This document shows positions 51,801-64,000 of a stretch of DNA of 64,000 nt, piece after piece (the stretch's first letter is position 1; each line of letters starts with the position of its first letter). The stretch is taken from contig JAYWIR010000009.1 of the NCBI GenBank assembly GCA_036172245.1, positions 1,736,001 to 1,800,000 on the forward strand. The letters run 5' to 3'. This DNA comes from Raillietiella orientalis (lineage: Eukaryota). The translations under genes were made by a program, and so were the position numbers. Below the pieces are notes generated by a model. The model made no database searches, was not told where the DNA came from, and saw nothing but the letters and a program-made list of their open reading frames with translations.

Positions 51801-53242
51801 ACCGCCCTCACACCGCGACTAGAGCGCTCTTTCAGGTCCCTATTTGAAGGACGACCCCGCCTATCCGGATGCAACAGCTCCAGAGGGAAGGAACGTCCCC
51901 AGAGCAGCGCCACCCGGGCCAGGGGGACGGCACGCCACTCCTCCCCTCGCGTTCCTCTCTCCTGGTCCCTGGGACTTCCTGATCGGAGCTGCAGCAGCGA
52001 CACAGCTCATCTTCCTGCAGTCCCCAGGATGCTGGCCTTCGGAAGGCTTCCTCCTCCTCCAATGTGACTCTCGATTCGGCACCGCGCACCTCGCGGATCA
52101 GCGAGAGCTCGGGACTTGAAAACCTGCGCGAACCGCGCCGGGGAACACCGCGGTGCCTCCCCTCCTCCTCTTTCCGGAAGAATGGACGCGCGCTCGAGAG
52201 ATCGCCGACTCGCGGGTCGCGTCGTCCGATGCGCTTCCGAACCCTCACACTCCGCCGCAACGGGAGATCCCTCATCGGGAGGGCGTGGCCCCCTGGGCCG
52301 TCCCGCTGCGCCTCGGGGAATCCTCCGGAGCCAGGGGTAACGAGGAAGAGGAGGAACGGAGGCGCCTTACGGCATCTCCTGCCCCATCGGGAGGAGAAGG
52401 GCGGGTTCAATGAGGCAGCTTCGGGGCTGGCGGCCAGAGCGAGCCCCGTGAGCCGTCCTCGAGGGGTCGACTCTCCTTCGGGGCCTCGTTCCTGTGGTCC
52501 CCTAAGCGAAGACGCCATGAAGCGCACCGCAGGCGCTCGGAGAAGTGCCGACCTCCTCCCCTAGGACCCGTTTTGCCCTTGTCGCTCCTCGAGACGGGAT
52601 GAGAGCCCGTGCGACCGCCTCTCGTCGTCCCCCAAGTGTCTAGGGGCCCCTTGGGGCCTCCTGAAGCCGGGAAGCTGAGGTCCTCCTTGCCCGCCACTCA
52701 GAGAGGGCTGTTTCTCGCCCCAGATCGCCCGCGACAGTTTCGTACAGTCCGGGTGGCGCCTTCCTCGCCCCTGATCACCTGCTGCTTCCCGGCTACCCAC
52801 AAGGAATTGGGGGTTCCGCCTCTCCCTCCCCCTGAAGGGAAGGGAGAGGAGGCCCCCTTTCATCCCTTCCGCCGCGTGCGATCCCCTCCGGCGTGCTAAA
52901 AGCGTTTCCCGGAGACTGTCACCTCCCCACAGGTGGCCAGGGAGCCATCCTCGCGCCCGCGGCCGCTAGAAGGTCCGGTCAGACTGCCCGCAGGACTCCT
53001 TTCCTCCCAGCTACCCCCTCTCCGAGGGAGGCGCACCCGTCTTTCTCTTCTCCCCCTCGGGCGGATATTCTGGTCACGCAAAGAGGGACGCGGCGCGCAC
53101 GCAGTACTTCCGGATGCTCGGCTCGGCCTCCGACCAAGGCAACCTCCGGAGGGTTCCTTCGCTCCTGAGGCGCCTCCGCCCAGCGTGCCCCCTCGGGACG
53201 CTCCTCACGCCCTCCCTTCTTTCCAGCAAAACGAAGCCGAAA

Positions 53243-56200
53243 ATGAACGCCCCCGTCTACAGTGACCGACCCCCGAACGAGCACCCCCTCCTCCTCCCCG
53301 CGACGTCGACCGGGCGAGACCTCTCCCCTCCGCCCGCCTCAGGCCCGAGGAAGCGGGAGCCGCCGCAGGCGAAGCAGCAGCAGCAGCAGCAGCAAGTGAA
53401 GAGGAGGAAGGCATCCGACCAGAGAGCAGCGAGGGCTCACGAGGCAGCCGAAGCGGAGGCAAGGTAACCTCGGGAACCGGGGTAGGGTGGAGAGCAGGGA
53501 TGCTTCCGGGAAGGACCCCTCGAGCCGTCCACAGCCTCCGCTTTGAGATCCTGGTCGGGCAGCAGCGGACGGCATTCTCGGCGTAGTGCCCTCGCGCAGC
53601 GTTTTCCAGCCTCGCAGTTTCGAAAACCGACGGCAAGGGCCGACGCCGGCGCGTGGTGCCGAGTCCCTCCAAAAGATGGCGCTGACGATGGCTCCCAGCT
53701 CCGGGTGCGCGCAGCCTCCGGGACGCTCTCGCGGCTGGGAACTGGGAAAGGAGGGAGGTTCGTTCCCTTGAAGGTTGAGCTATTTGCGCGCCTTAGACTA
53801 TGGGTGCGCCCCCACGTGGTAGCGTTGATGCGACGCTCCGACGTCCCCGTGGGGTGAAGCAGCGGCTCTTCGGTCTCGGCCAACCAAAAAAGAAACCGAA
53901 CAAGGAAAATAACGAAAAAAGCAAAAGAGTGCTGCTCATCCGCTGTTGGGCAACAGTGGATGGGCATAGGCCCTCTCTATAAAGGTGCTTCTGGAAGATC
54001 TTGCGCCAGTTGTTCGTAGGGAAGACCGGTGGGAGAGAGCCCTTGCAGCCCCGGATCGGAAGCAGGAGGGGAAGTGTGGCGCCCCCATTTCGCCAACCTG
54101 GAGCGAATTTTCAGAGTTTTCCTGTCCACCTTCCCGTCCGAGGAGCCGCCACCAAACCCTTAGGGGACAGGCGATCGTTTCGAGGCCAGCTGGCGGGATG
54201 CACAAGGGTGGGCTGGAATGTCTCGCCACTCACCTGGCAACACAGGGAGAAGAGGAAGGGAGGAAGAGGGTAATGCGGCGGTTCTGGTGGGTCACCCGGG
54301 TACTCTGAGTTTCCAGGACCTGCCTCTGATTTTAGGACGCACCGGGAGGCGATGGGGTCACCAAGGACCCTGAGGGAGGCGTGTCGTGTGGGATAGGACG
54401 GGTGAGGGCTGCAATCCACGCTTTTTGTGCGCGGTCCTGTGGGCAAGGTTGGACTCGCACACCCCCACGACCCACGTGGGGCTCCGCTGCGCGAGCGCGT
54501 CAGGCGAAGAGCAGTCTGGGGTGTCCGCACGCAGGAAACGAAGGGGGGGGAGGGGCAGCTTGACCCCGGGATGCCCAGAAGGTGTGCTTCTTCCCCACTC
54601 CAAAGGTCAAGGGTTTTCGCAGTCGGGATGGGCGGGACAAAGCATGGAGACTCTTGGGTAGTTCCCTTCCCTCCGTCTCTCCCGATAGCCCCGTTGAGGG
54701 GAGACCCGCTACGGCAGCAGCACAAATGAGACGCTCCGGGAGACTTCTACAGCCAGGGCGCCGTCGAGGTCTCCCTGGGTCTCCTGTCAAGAATCGACCA
54801 GGGGCGCCCTCACGCCGTCTGCCCTCGGGCGCGGAACGCTCAGCGAGCTGGAACTTCCGGTGGGAAGGCTCATCGGCAACGCTGCGTCATGGCGCGAACG
54901 TATGGACGCGCACGCGCGCTTACGTCACGCCTCTGGACACAAAGTCGCGCGCGCGCGATGAAGGGCGAGAGCAGAGCGAATTCTCGGCCACGAAACGCCG
55001 CGTTCATCCCCTGAGGAGCCCTCGACGTTCCCAGGCGTTTGCGTGCAGGGCACCGCCCGCGCAAAACGCCTGCGGGCGACGAGGAACGCGCTTCCTCGTC
55101 AGCGTTGGTGAGTCGTACTTCTGAAAATTCTTGCAAGTCAGACCTCGGTCTCCTCCTTCCGTTCCACACGACGCGGAGGGCGCCTTGGCAGCGGCTTATT
55201 CGCACGGGAAGACGGGAGAGGAAGTCGCGTCCTCGAATTCCTCCCCCGCCTTTCCGCGTGCCGTTTTCGTGGGTTGTATCCCTTCCACTCTCCTGGAACT
55301 CCTTGTCCTCTCTGTCTTCGATTCCTCCTCGTTCTCTCTGCCTGAAGCGCTGACCCGGTCAGTGTCGGAGATTACAAGAGTTCGGAAAGAGCCGGCTCTT
55401 CTGCTGTTTGGCTAAGATCAAAGTGCTGGTGTTCGATCGTGCTGCTGCCATTCCTTCACCTGTTTGCTTGCGCCGCTGCGGTTGCTGGAGCCTCCGCGCC
55501 AAACTGCGCCGATTTCCCTGTCCTTGCCCCACCTCTATTGCTGGCGCTTCTGTTTCTGATGTGCTCCCACTTGCGCATGGGCTTCCTCGGACTCGTGAGC
55601 TTTCAAGTCTTCTACTATTGGAAAAAAAGAGCGAGAAGAAAAACGAACGCAGAGGAAAGCGAAAGGGACGACCCCGCAGGAGTGCGCCAGAGATTTCGTT
55701 GCCCTTTCAGGAGGAAGGTGGGTAAACCGCCCAGAGTAGAAACCGGGAGTTTCAGACCATCGTCGCTCGCGGAAGGGCCATGAAGGGGATGGGGGGGAGA
55801 CGAAGCTCTGGTGGAAGCTCTTCCTCTCGGTACGAATCCCTCTTCGGATACGAAAGGGAGAGTCCACAGAGACGAGTCGACTAGATCTGTCCGGGAGCAT
55901 CGAGAATACGGGAAAAGGCTCCTCTGCTGAACGAAGGGGGATGTGCGCGCACCAGAGCAGCCCCAAGGAAACATCCCCCCGTTTCTTTTTCCGGGGGCGT
56001 CTTGGGTAGGGAGAGAACCCGCGACCGACGGGTGTTCACGGGACTGCGAGCCGACACTTTTTTGCGGGTCCTCAACCTGACCGTCCGGAATGCATCGTGA
56101 GCGGGAGGTGAACTTTCAAACGGGAGTCCTGGAGCTGTCAAAATCGCGAGTTCAACAGAGAGGGAGAGATTTGCAGACGTCGGCCTTGTGGATGCGCAGG

Positions 56201-58778
56201 AACATCAGTCTTCCTGTTTCGCGGCTTCTCCACCTGCACGCTCCTTCTCCAATAACACGACAGAAGAAGAACCTTCTTATCCACACGCTCTTCCTCCTCC
56301 TCCATAAGCCAGCAGAGACAGACTGGGAAGTCCTTGCTCGTCCTGTTGCCCTTTTGCGACGGAATACAATATTACGGCGGAAGCGGTAGGCTTTGAAGGA
56401 CTTTCGCTAGATGCCACCCGTGGTCAGCTCGGGAATCTGCAAAACCCGACTGAAGTAGGTCAGCTTCCGAGGATGCTCTCCGTTTCCTCCGATCGGTTCT
56501 GGAATGCCCACGGTCCAGTGATCCTGGGCCCAGTCCACGAGTCGCCGGTCGCCCTGGGCGACAGCAGCGACTTCCCTGGTTCACTGCTTGGACTAGAAGT
56601 GCCTTGGAGACGATGCGCTAACAGAGGTTTCGCTGCTCACGAGAGCGGTCCGAAGTGTTCCGCCTCCTGCCTCCCCACATAACGAAGAAGTGCTTCTCAG
56701 CTGCAAGCTTTCACGATCGAAGCATTCAGGGAATGCTGGGCAGAGAATGGACTTTCCGGGAAGATTTCAGAAGTCCTACACTCGCGTCTCTGTGTAGGAC
56801 TTCGCTTCCTGTCCACTCCCTCATGCAGCTTTTCGAGGGCGAGGAATGCGACATGCTTCAAGGGGGAGGGCCGCGTTTTGGTGGAAGAGGCGAATCAGGC
56901 GTCACCATCAGAGGTTAGTACCTCGGGTCCCTCCGGTCAGAGGCAGCTTTGCCGACAGCAAATGAAACGACAGCGCGTGACGCGTGGGTCCATGAGGGCT
57001 TTCACCAGCTCCTCGAGCACCCGCAAGAAAGATGAGGAGGGAGTGGGGGCGGGGGGACCGGGAAGCTTTTCCTTCCCAGGCCCGCGTGTCCACCGGACCT
57101 CACTGCGTGAAAAAACCTTCCTGGAGCGGGTAGCTGTCCTCCGGCGAGCCCCAGTCTCCACGAAAAGGGAGTGAGGGACGGGGGCGAGCAGCCCCCGTTG
57201 CTGCGCCCAGCTGCCGGCAAACTCGCGCACTCTCGGCGTCATCGTCGTTGCCCGAGTCGCCGCCTCCCCCCTGGACTTCCCACCCGCCGCCCCGCTCTTT
57301 ACCCGAGGGTGCCGTTCCTCCCGTCGTTCTTTTGCAGGCTACGCCAGGAGCGCCAGAAGCAGCCGCCGTGCGCTCCCTTCGAGATCCAACTGGAGGGAGC
57401 AGTGCAGCGCCTGAGGCAGCGCCATGAAGAGAAGGTGCGCTTCCTGCGAGGCCAGCTGCATGCCAAGGACAGCGAGATCTCCCGGATGCACGCCAGGCTG
57501 GCTGCGGGAGCTGGGAAGGAGTCCCCCGGGAGTTCGCCCGGGACGAGCGCCGAAGTGGAGGCGGAGAGACTGCGGAAGGAGGCCGCCCTGCTGAAGATGC
57601 AGAAGCAGAGACTCGAGGACGCAGTCAAGGTGAGCGCAGCCGAACCGGGACGGAAGTGAGGGCCGAGGTCAGTCCTTGAGGGACTCCGAGAAGCAGAAGA
57701 ACGCCGACCTCAAGACGCTGCACGAAGAGAACCGCATGCTGCTGCTGAGGATCCGGAAGGAGGCGAAGCTGGACGCGGATAGGATGGTCAGTGAGCAAAG
57801 AGGGACACCCGCCCTCCCCTTATGACCCGGGAGAGACCCCCACTCCTCATAGGGAAGGTCTTTTTTCCCCCTCCGGCTGTGGGGATGCCGCCGCGAGAGG
57901 CGAGGCTGGCGGACGCGCTCCTCCGGAGTCGCACCTCCACCCCCTACCTCCGTGGCGACATCCTGCCCTGAGAACGTACAGTGGCCCCCCAGCTCTTCCA
58001 TAGGGGCTGACCGACAGCTCTCCCCTCAGAGCGACTCTCACACCCCACCCCTCCCTTCTCATGCCTCTCCATTGCAACGGGGACTGTCGCCTGGTTGCAG
58101 GGCTCTGAACGGGATGTCAGGGGGACCACTCAGGTTGCGAGAGGGCGCCCGCTGAACCCTGCTTCCTCGAGGCCACCATCCTCTCGCGCGCAATCCTGCG
58201 AAAGCGGTCCCTCAGGGGAGAAAAGGTGCATCCCCGCCATCCTTGGAAGAGCGTCCCTCGGCCGACGCATCGCTCTGGGATCCCAAAAGGCCCTCCTTTC
58301 TCCAGGACGTGGCGAAACGCTGGCCACCCCACTGGAAATGCTCCGGGAGCAGGGAGCACGCCGCTGGAGCGAGGGATACGCGCGGAGGCGGAGCGGCGGT
58401 TGCCAGCGAATCCCACCCGACACACTTGCGGGGACTCCCCGCCTCCCCTCGCTTTGCTCCCTTCAAAAGGGTGGGGGGACTGGGGGGGGGGGGAGGTGGG
58501 GGAGTTGTCTGGCAGAGAACAGTAAGAGGGTCTCCCTTGAAAGAAGGGGGGGGGTCCCGCTACCTGATCACCGACGAAAGAAAGGACGAGAGCCACCTCG
58601 CCGCGACATTTGGGAATGAGGGCGGGGGAGAGGAACGGTCGGGAAGACGCGGAGACCCCTTCCCCATCTCGATTTCCTCTTCCAGATGGAAGAGCTGAGG
58701 TCCAGGGACAGGATCATCCGCCAGCTGACCGAGCAGCTGCAGGAGAGCAGGAACAGCAGAAACTCTCAGGTGGACCCG
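53243..58778 (+). CDS. JAKMIP (Janus kinase and microtubule-interacting protein)-like coiled-coil gene, partial; exons 53243-53463 (tentative), 57338-57629, 57673-57786, 58686-58778; 3' exons not resolved
   Basis: Spliced peptide ERLRKEAALLKMQKQRLEDAVK|SLRDSEKQKNADLKTLHEENRMLLLRIRKEAKLDADRM|MEELRSRDRIIRQLTEQL parallels JAKMIP1 RLQQEILELKAARKQAEEAL...ADKTKAADLR...[32 protein letters not shown]. GT-AG junctions are in frame. The poly-Q exon ending at 53463 is phase-2 compatible with 57338. Confidence 0.75.
54850..55113 (+). promoter_or_regulatory. Candidate internal promoter or alternative first exon
   Basis: Very CpG-dense patch with ETS-like ACTTCCGG (54853-54860), CRE-like TACGTCA (54921-54927), CGCG runs and a consensus donor GTGAGT at 55108-55113. 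Motif evidence only. Confidence 0.3.
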
Positions 58779-61700
58779 GTAAGTGGGCCCTGGCACGCGG
58801 CGCAGGAGAAAGAGGAGGGTGGGGGATGCTCTGCGGCAACGCGTCTCAGTGCAGGCCGCCAGAACGCGTCAGCCCACGGAGACGTGACCAACCGTTCAGC
58901 CTCGCCGGACCCTCTCCCTCCACAGCGAACGGGACCTCGGACGAGGCGAAAAGCCTCACTGCGGACCTCCCCCCCGCCCTCGGAGCCAATGCGGCGGCTT
59001 CCGAGTGCCTCCGAGCCCTCGGGGATTCCCCCTCCCCTTCCCTCTTCAGTGAGTTTTGCCGCGGTCCGCAAAGACTAGGGCGAAAGAGGCGAGGCGCTCT
59101 CTGCCTTCGCCTCTGCCTTGGCAACGTCACCGCCTCGTGGCGCTCCGATTCAATGTCGGCTGCCAGGTGGCGAGCACCCACTGGCTGCAGTCGCGCCATC
59201 CCTTCTTCCAGACGTTGCTGCGACGGTGGGGTAGATGGCGCAACCAAGGACGAGCTGCTACGCCGACAGGGGTGGGGGGCAGTTTCCGGGTTTCGGCAGT
59301 CCTCGTGGTAACCCCGAGCCGCTCGAGGAGGCCGCACCACCGTCACAGCGCGTGCAACGTTCCCCGTCTCTGCTCGCTCCTTCCCTTTCCTGCCGCCCTC
59401 CTCCCGAACATGAAAAGATCGACGCAAGGAGCTTGGAGGACGAGGAAGAAGCAAAGCCGCGAGCGCTCCCTGGAGCAGCCGCTGCTTCCCTTCCTTCTGC
59501 GGCCGGCAATGCCAGCAGGGATAAGGAAGGAGGGGGGGGGAGCATGCGAGCTCTGCTGCAGCCTCTACAGCTACAGCCCATGGGGCGGTCGTTCTTCCAC
59601 TCCCTCCGCGCGGCCCGAGGCCTCCGATGACGCGACACAAAGTCGCCCGGAACTGGAAGAGATCATCCTCGTGCCCCCAGGTCCTCCCGGAAACGCGCGA
59701 GCGGTGCCGCAGGATCCTCAGCAGGAGGACGCAGGGACCTCCTGAAGGGCGGGAAGGACTCGGGCGGTGCGGTTTCCATCCATTCTGAGCAGCGCGGGCG
59801 TGTCCCTCCAGGACGGTTCTGCGCTGCCGATCCCATCGCCACAGTCTGGTTCCTGGAAGTGGCTCATCCGGGTCGAAAGGTGGAGCGCCCTGCGCCTAGG
59901 AGTCGCGCGGACCTCCCTCTTGAGATGCCGCGGCCTTTGGCGCGCACCCCGTGCGAGGAGAGTAGCTAGGGGAAGTTGGGCGTGGTGGGGAAGGGGTTCG
60001 GCGTGCGCGCGTTCTCCGTCGTGGGGGGGGGGGGGAGGAAGCGGGCCGATACGCCCCCCAAGCGTGTGTTGCGTAGCAGAGCCGCACCGCCATGCCGGCG
60101 GGCGCCCTCCAGCCATCTCGGGGAGACTCCTCTGCGTCCTTGTGGAGTAGAGACGCGTCTGTCTCCTCGCACCGCCTACTAAGCAGCGAGACGCGAGCGG
60201 GATGGGCCGTCGGCGAATTCGAGGGCGTTGCAGGGAGAGACCCTCCAGGGTAGCATCCTGCAGCCAACGTATTCCACAGGAACGGCACCGCGCCGGTCGA
60301 TCGCGGCGACCCCCCGCCAAGATTCCGAGCAGGGGACTGCGGACGCTCCTCTGAGCGCCGGGGCGGAAAACAACCCGCCGTTTCTGCGCGAGCGGCGACT
60401 GAGGACCATGAGGCACCTTTCGCGGAAGACGACGATACGGCGGGGGCGGGAGATCGTGAGGCCTCCACTCGCCGGGGAGGGAAGCTCAGCTCCGGGAGGG
60501 TGCCGTCTCAGAAGACGCTGCTCCCCAACCGTAGCGGGGATTCCCCCGGAAGCCGAGCACGTCGCGGGGAACCCGCGGAGTTCGAGGAAGAGGCGCAGTT
60601 GCTCGCGCGAGGGACTCCCGGCTGGTCCTCGGAGAGAACTCGGAGACCCGGGAGCACTCTAGAGACGGCGATGGCGACACGCAAAAAGTGGGGAGAGGCG
60701 CCTATCTCTCGGGAAATGGTCGGCTGATGACTACAGGTCCATCCCAAGGGTCAGCAGATGGCGGTTAGGGACGTCCTCCCGCAGATCCGTGTCGCGCTGC
60801 GTAGCCGAGTTCTGGTGCTGTTGCGTCCCACTGCCTGCTGAAGTCCTTCCTCGGAGGCTCCCGGAGATTTTTGCCTGACCTGATAGGAACGTGGCCGAAG
60901 AACGACTCCCTAAAGAGGTTCCCGCGCACCTGTTTGGGCAGATGGCTCGGCAACCAAGGTAGCCAGCCTCTCTGCGGGAGCGCGTGCGCAGATCGGAAGG
61001 CACCGAGGCACGACGAAACCCAGTTGCCACGGAAACGGGAGGGGGAGATCTTCCTGCGCAAGCTGTGTCCTCTGCCGGCGCGAGGACCACCCTGGGAGGT
61101 CCCCGAGGGCAAGACGACCCCGATTGCAGCAGCCATTTCCATCAGGACAGGGCCTCCTGGGACGCGACGGGGCTCGGAGAGACGATGATCCACGCGAGCT
61201 CCTGGCAGCTTCTCCCGGGCAGACAATTTCCCTTGCCACACCCTCCCACTTTCGCAACATCTCCGCAGGTGTGCAGCAGTGGCAAGGGTTTTTCGTGAGG
61301 GGCGCCTCGGCCGTTTGCGTACGAACGAGCAAGGCAATACCCAGAGTATACCGAACTGCACGTGTGAGGTGTAACGCAGACGCGAATTTTCGACATGCAA
61401 AGGTGGACACGTTTCGTGCACGCTGGCGAACGAGCATGGAAACGTGCGCGCACATTAAAGGCCACAGAAACGCTCCGGTACATACGTCTGCGCGTGTGCG
61501 CGCGCCCATGTAAAAAAACGTGCGTGCACGTGCACGTACACTTTTCGCACATCTTGCGTATAAGTGCCAGCCCGTCCGCCGGAGCCGCGCATGCTTCCTC
61601 TTCCGGAAGCTTCGCCGCTGCGGAAGCACAGAACCCCCTGTAGGCATGCGTGCTGGCGTGAGCGGCGCAGCAACGAAACGTGCGCGGAGCCATGGCGAGG

Positions 61701-64000
61701 AACACCGGGCCGCTTCGTCGCGCCAGGGTGGACTTCCCTTTGTCCTCTGACCACCGTTACCGCCCCGCTCTTGTCCCAGTTGTCCCAGCGTCCACTCATC
61801 CCGCTTCTGCAGTCGCTAAGAGCATCCACGGGACGCTTACCCTTGGCGTCTTTCCCAGGGGCTATCGTGCACTGGGGTCAGTGGTGATGGTAACAGCGAA
61901 TTTCCAGTCGTTTCCAGGACGAGCGCGATTCCCGCTGCTGGCATCCACCCGTCCCCGGAGAAGCCAAAAGCCACCGAAGCGGGCTGAGGCGTCTCCCGGG
62001 ACGGATGCGCGGAGGACAGACGCAGGTGCCGGGAGCTTCTGAAAGCGAAATCTCGGAAACGAAAGGGGGAAAGAAGAGGAAAGGATGCAAGTGGGCGTGG
62101 TTCTGAGTGGTCAGCATTCGAGCAAATGGAGTCGTCGCAGACTCCGAGGGAACGCAGATGCTGCCTTGTTCCTTTCATTCTGCGCCGGAAGGAAGACCGC
62201 TTCGTTGTCCCCGAGTGGGGAGCGAGTATATTCGGATTTCGGGATTCCAGCAGCCTCGCCGGAGACCCTCGAAAACTTGCTATTGGGTACAGGAAGCACG
62301 GAGGAGCTCCTCGTGACCTCCAGACGACGACGCCTAGCCGGAGAGAAAGAGGGACATGCGGTCCGCTTCTCACCTTTCCTCTTCCGCCCCTAACGTAGCG
62401 GACTCTGTAGAGACGTGTCAGACACCCCACGAGGCGACGCGACTACGACTTCTCTGCTGCTCTCTTCTAAAAGAGTCTTCCTCTAGATGAGTCTGCATCC
62501 TCTGTCCGCTATCCATGGGGTAGGCCAGGCGTCGCATCTGCGAAGCGACAGAGCGAACTACGCGAGCACGCCGCGTTCCTCTTGTCTTCGGGGTTCCTCG
62601 CTTGATCCAATCCTTCGCATCCTAGTTCTGGACCGGGAAAACTAGAGTCGAGAGCTTTAAATCGCTGCACTTCTCAGAGTATCCTCGAAGAGGCGGAGCA
62701 AAACCAGAGAGGGGGCATTTTTTGTGCACCAAGCCGGAGCGAGGAGTCAATGCGCTCAGCGGTCTTTTCTTTTTTTCGGTGCACCCTCGCGACAAGAGCC
62801 CCAGCCAATCTCGCAATTGCTACAGGACAGCGGGATCGAAGGCGAGAATGTGACCTCTCTAGAGAGATGAAAGAATGCGCGCGGGTTTCCATAGTGAAAA
62901 GAGGTCACAGACTGTCTGGTGGTAGCCCAATGCTGGCAGGAGAGCCGGAAGCCAAAATCCAACCCGCCTGCTTTTCCTCCTTGCCCTCACCGATTTCCAC
63001 AGGAAATGTTTTTCTTTTTTTTTTCTTTTTCATCGGAGGAAAATGCGGGAGGGGGGGAGGGAAGGTGATAAAGCAAAAGGAAGCCAGAAAAACGCCTTTT
63101 TTCGAGGGTGTCCGCATCAGAAATCCCGCGACCCCCCTCGTTGGGAATCTGCGACCGCCGACCCGCCTGCACAGCCGACAGCTGACTTTTCAAAGAGTGG
63201 CGAACGCGACGACAGCTCTGCGGGAAGACTTTGGGGACACATCCTCTCCAGACCGGCATCGGCACGAGCCTGCATGAAGAGAGGCACTGGCCACCAGGAG
63301 CTCTGTTCCATCCGCAGTGGAACCCGGCTCGCGTCTTCCTCAACACTCGGGAACTTCGTTCTCACTTATCCGTCCTCCGCTAATGGAGAAATATCTGATA
63401 ACAACCCTCGGGAGAAAGGTGAAACGCTGTCCGAACCGCGAGAGAGCAAAAATGCCGGCATGGCAAACCTCCGGGATAGATTAAAAGGCAGGTTAGGAAA
63501 TTGCATGCCTTTAAACGTTTTATGGAGCGTGAAGACTGATGGGATCGATTCCCCAGAGTCCATTTCTCTGCAAGAGTCTGGAGGGGCAGGGGACCGTGCC
63601 GTGCATGCGTTCGATGCGACAGCAGCAGCGTGCGCAATTGGGGAGCAGCAGCACGGGACGATCCAGGATCCGCATCTATTCCGTACCTGCTCTCCCGGGC
63701 ACCAGGGAGCCGCTCGTTGTCTTCCGGAACACGCATTTCATGAGTGATGGGCGAACGGCATTCCACTGATGTCCTTACTTTGCTTTCCTTCGCCTTCCGA
63801 ATTCCCTTGTAAAACGATCCGCCCGTTTGGGGAATTTGCGTGCCTCGAGGGCTGCCCAGCGGATCACGTGAACATTAGAATGAAATCAAGGAAAAAGGAA
63901 AGAATGACTTGGATGACACGACGTCATCAGCGTTCCTCAAGGATCCGGAGCAGAAACGCGGCAGTTCTACCACGCCACCCCCTGCGAATGTCAACAGCTT

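Noticed and set aside
48900..53200. Long ORFs such as the 358-aa ORF at 48957-50033 (-)
   Set aside because: Same GC artefact; no recognisable protein features.
55439..55783. Hydrophobic ORF resembling a signal peptide plus TM segment
   Set aside because: It starts at GTG, lies in a pyrimidine-rich intron-like stretch, and its donor phase does not fit the next JAKMIP-like exon.
63535..63565. B-box-like GGATCGATTCC (also near 16766)
   Set aside because: No A-box or cloverleaf upstream.

Overview
This is animal (metazoan, probably invertebrate) nuclear DNA, not prokaryotic. I found no CRISPR array, rRNA or intact tRNA. GC- and CpG-rich flanks (about 1-35 kb and 47.5-64 kb) enclose an AT-rich, CpG-depleted, gene-dense island (about 35.4-47.4 kb). 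By hand-splicing, the island holds complete PUS1 (+, 6 exons, 443 aa), ERMARD/DUF4209 (-, 4 exons, about 637 aa) and BCL7 (-, 4 exons, 141 aa) genes, plus an unrecognised 78-aa single-pass membrane ORF (+). The right flank carries at least four exons of a JAKMIP-like coiled-coil gene. The rest is mostly decayed material: an L1/Tx1 retrotransposon, a hAT transposase fragment, a possible Penelope RT relic, tRNA-derived SINE heads, an ERCC2/XPD pseudogene fragment beside a BAF-like fragment, a nested fold-back element, and a dispersed GGTTCCCTTCGG repeat. The most intriguing feature is that ERMARD ends only 73 nt before the BCL7 start on the same strand, with no poly(A) signal but with splice acceptors in the gap. 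That suggests an operon/trans-spliced, dicistronic or shared-first-exon unit. Introns of 39-52 nt are common, and one lacks a polypyrimidine tract. Most long ORFs in the supplied track for the GC-rich flanks look spurious. All homology calls come from remembered family motifs, not database searches.
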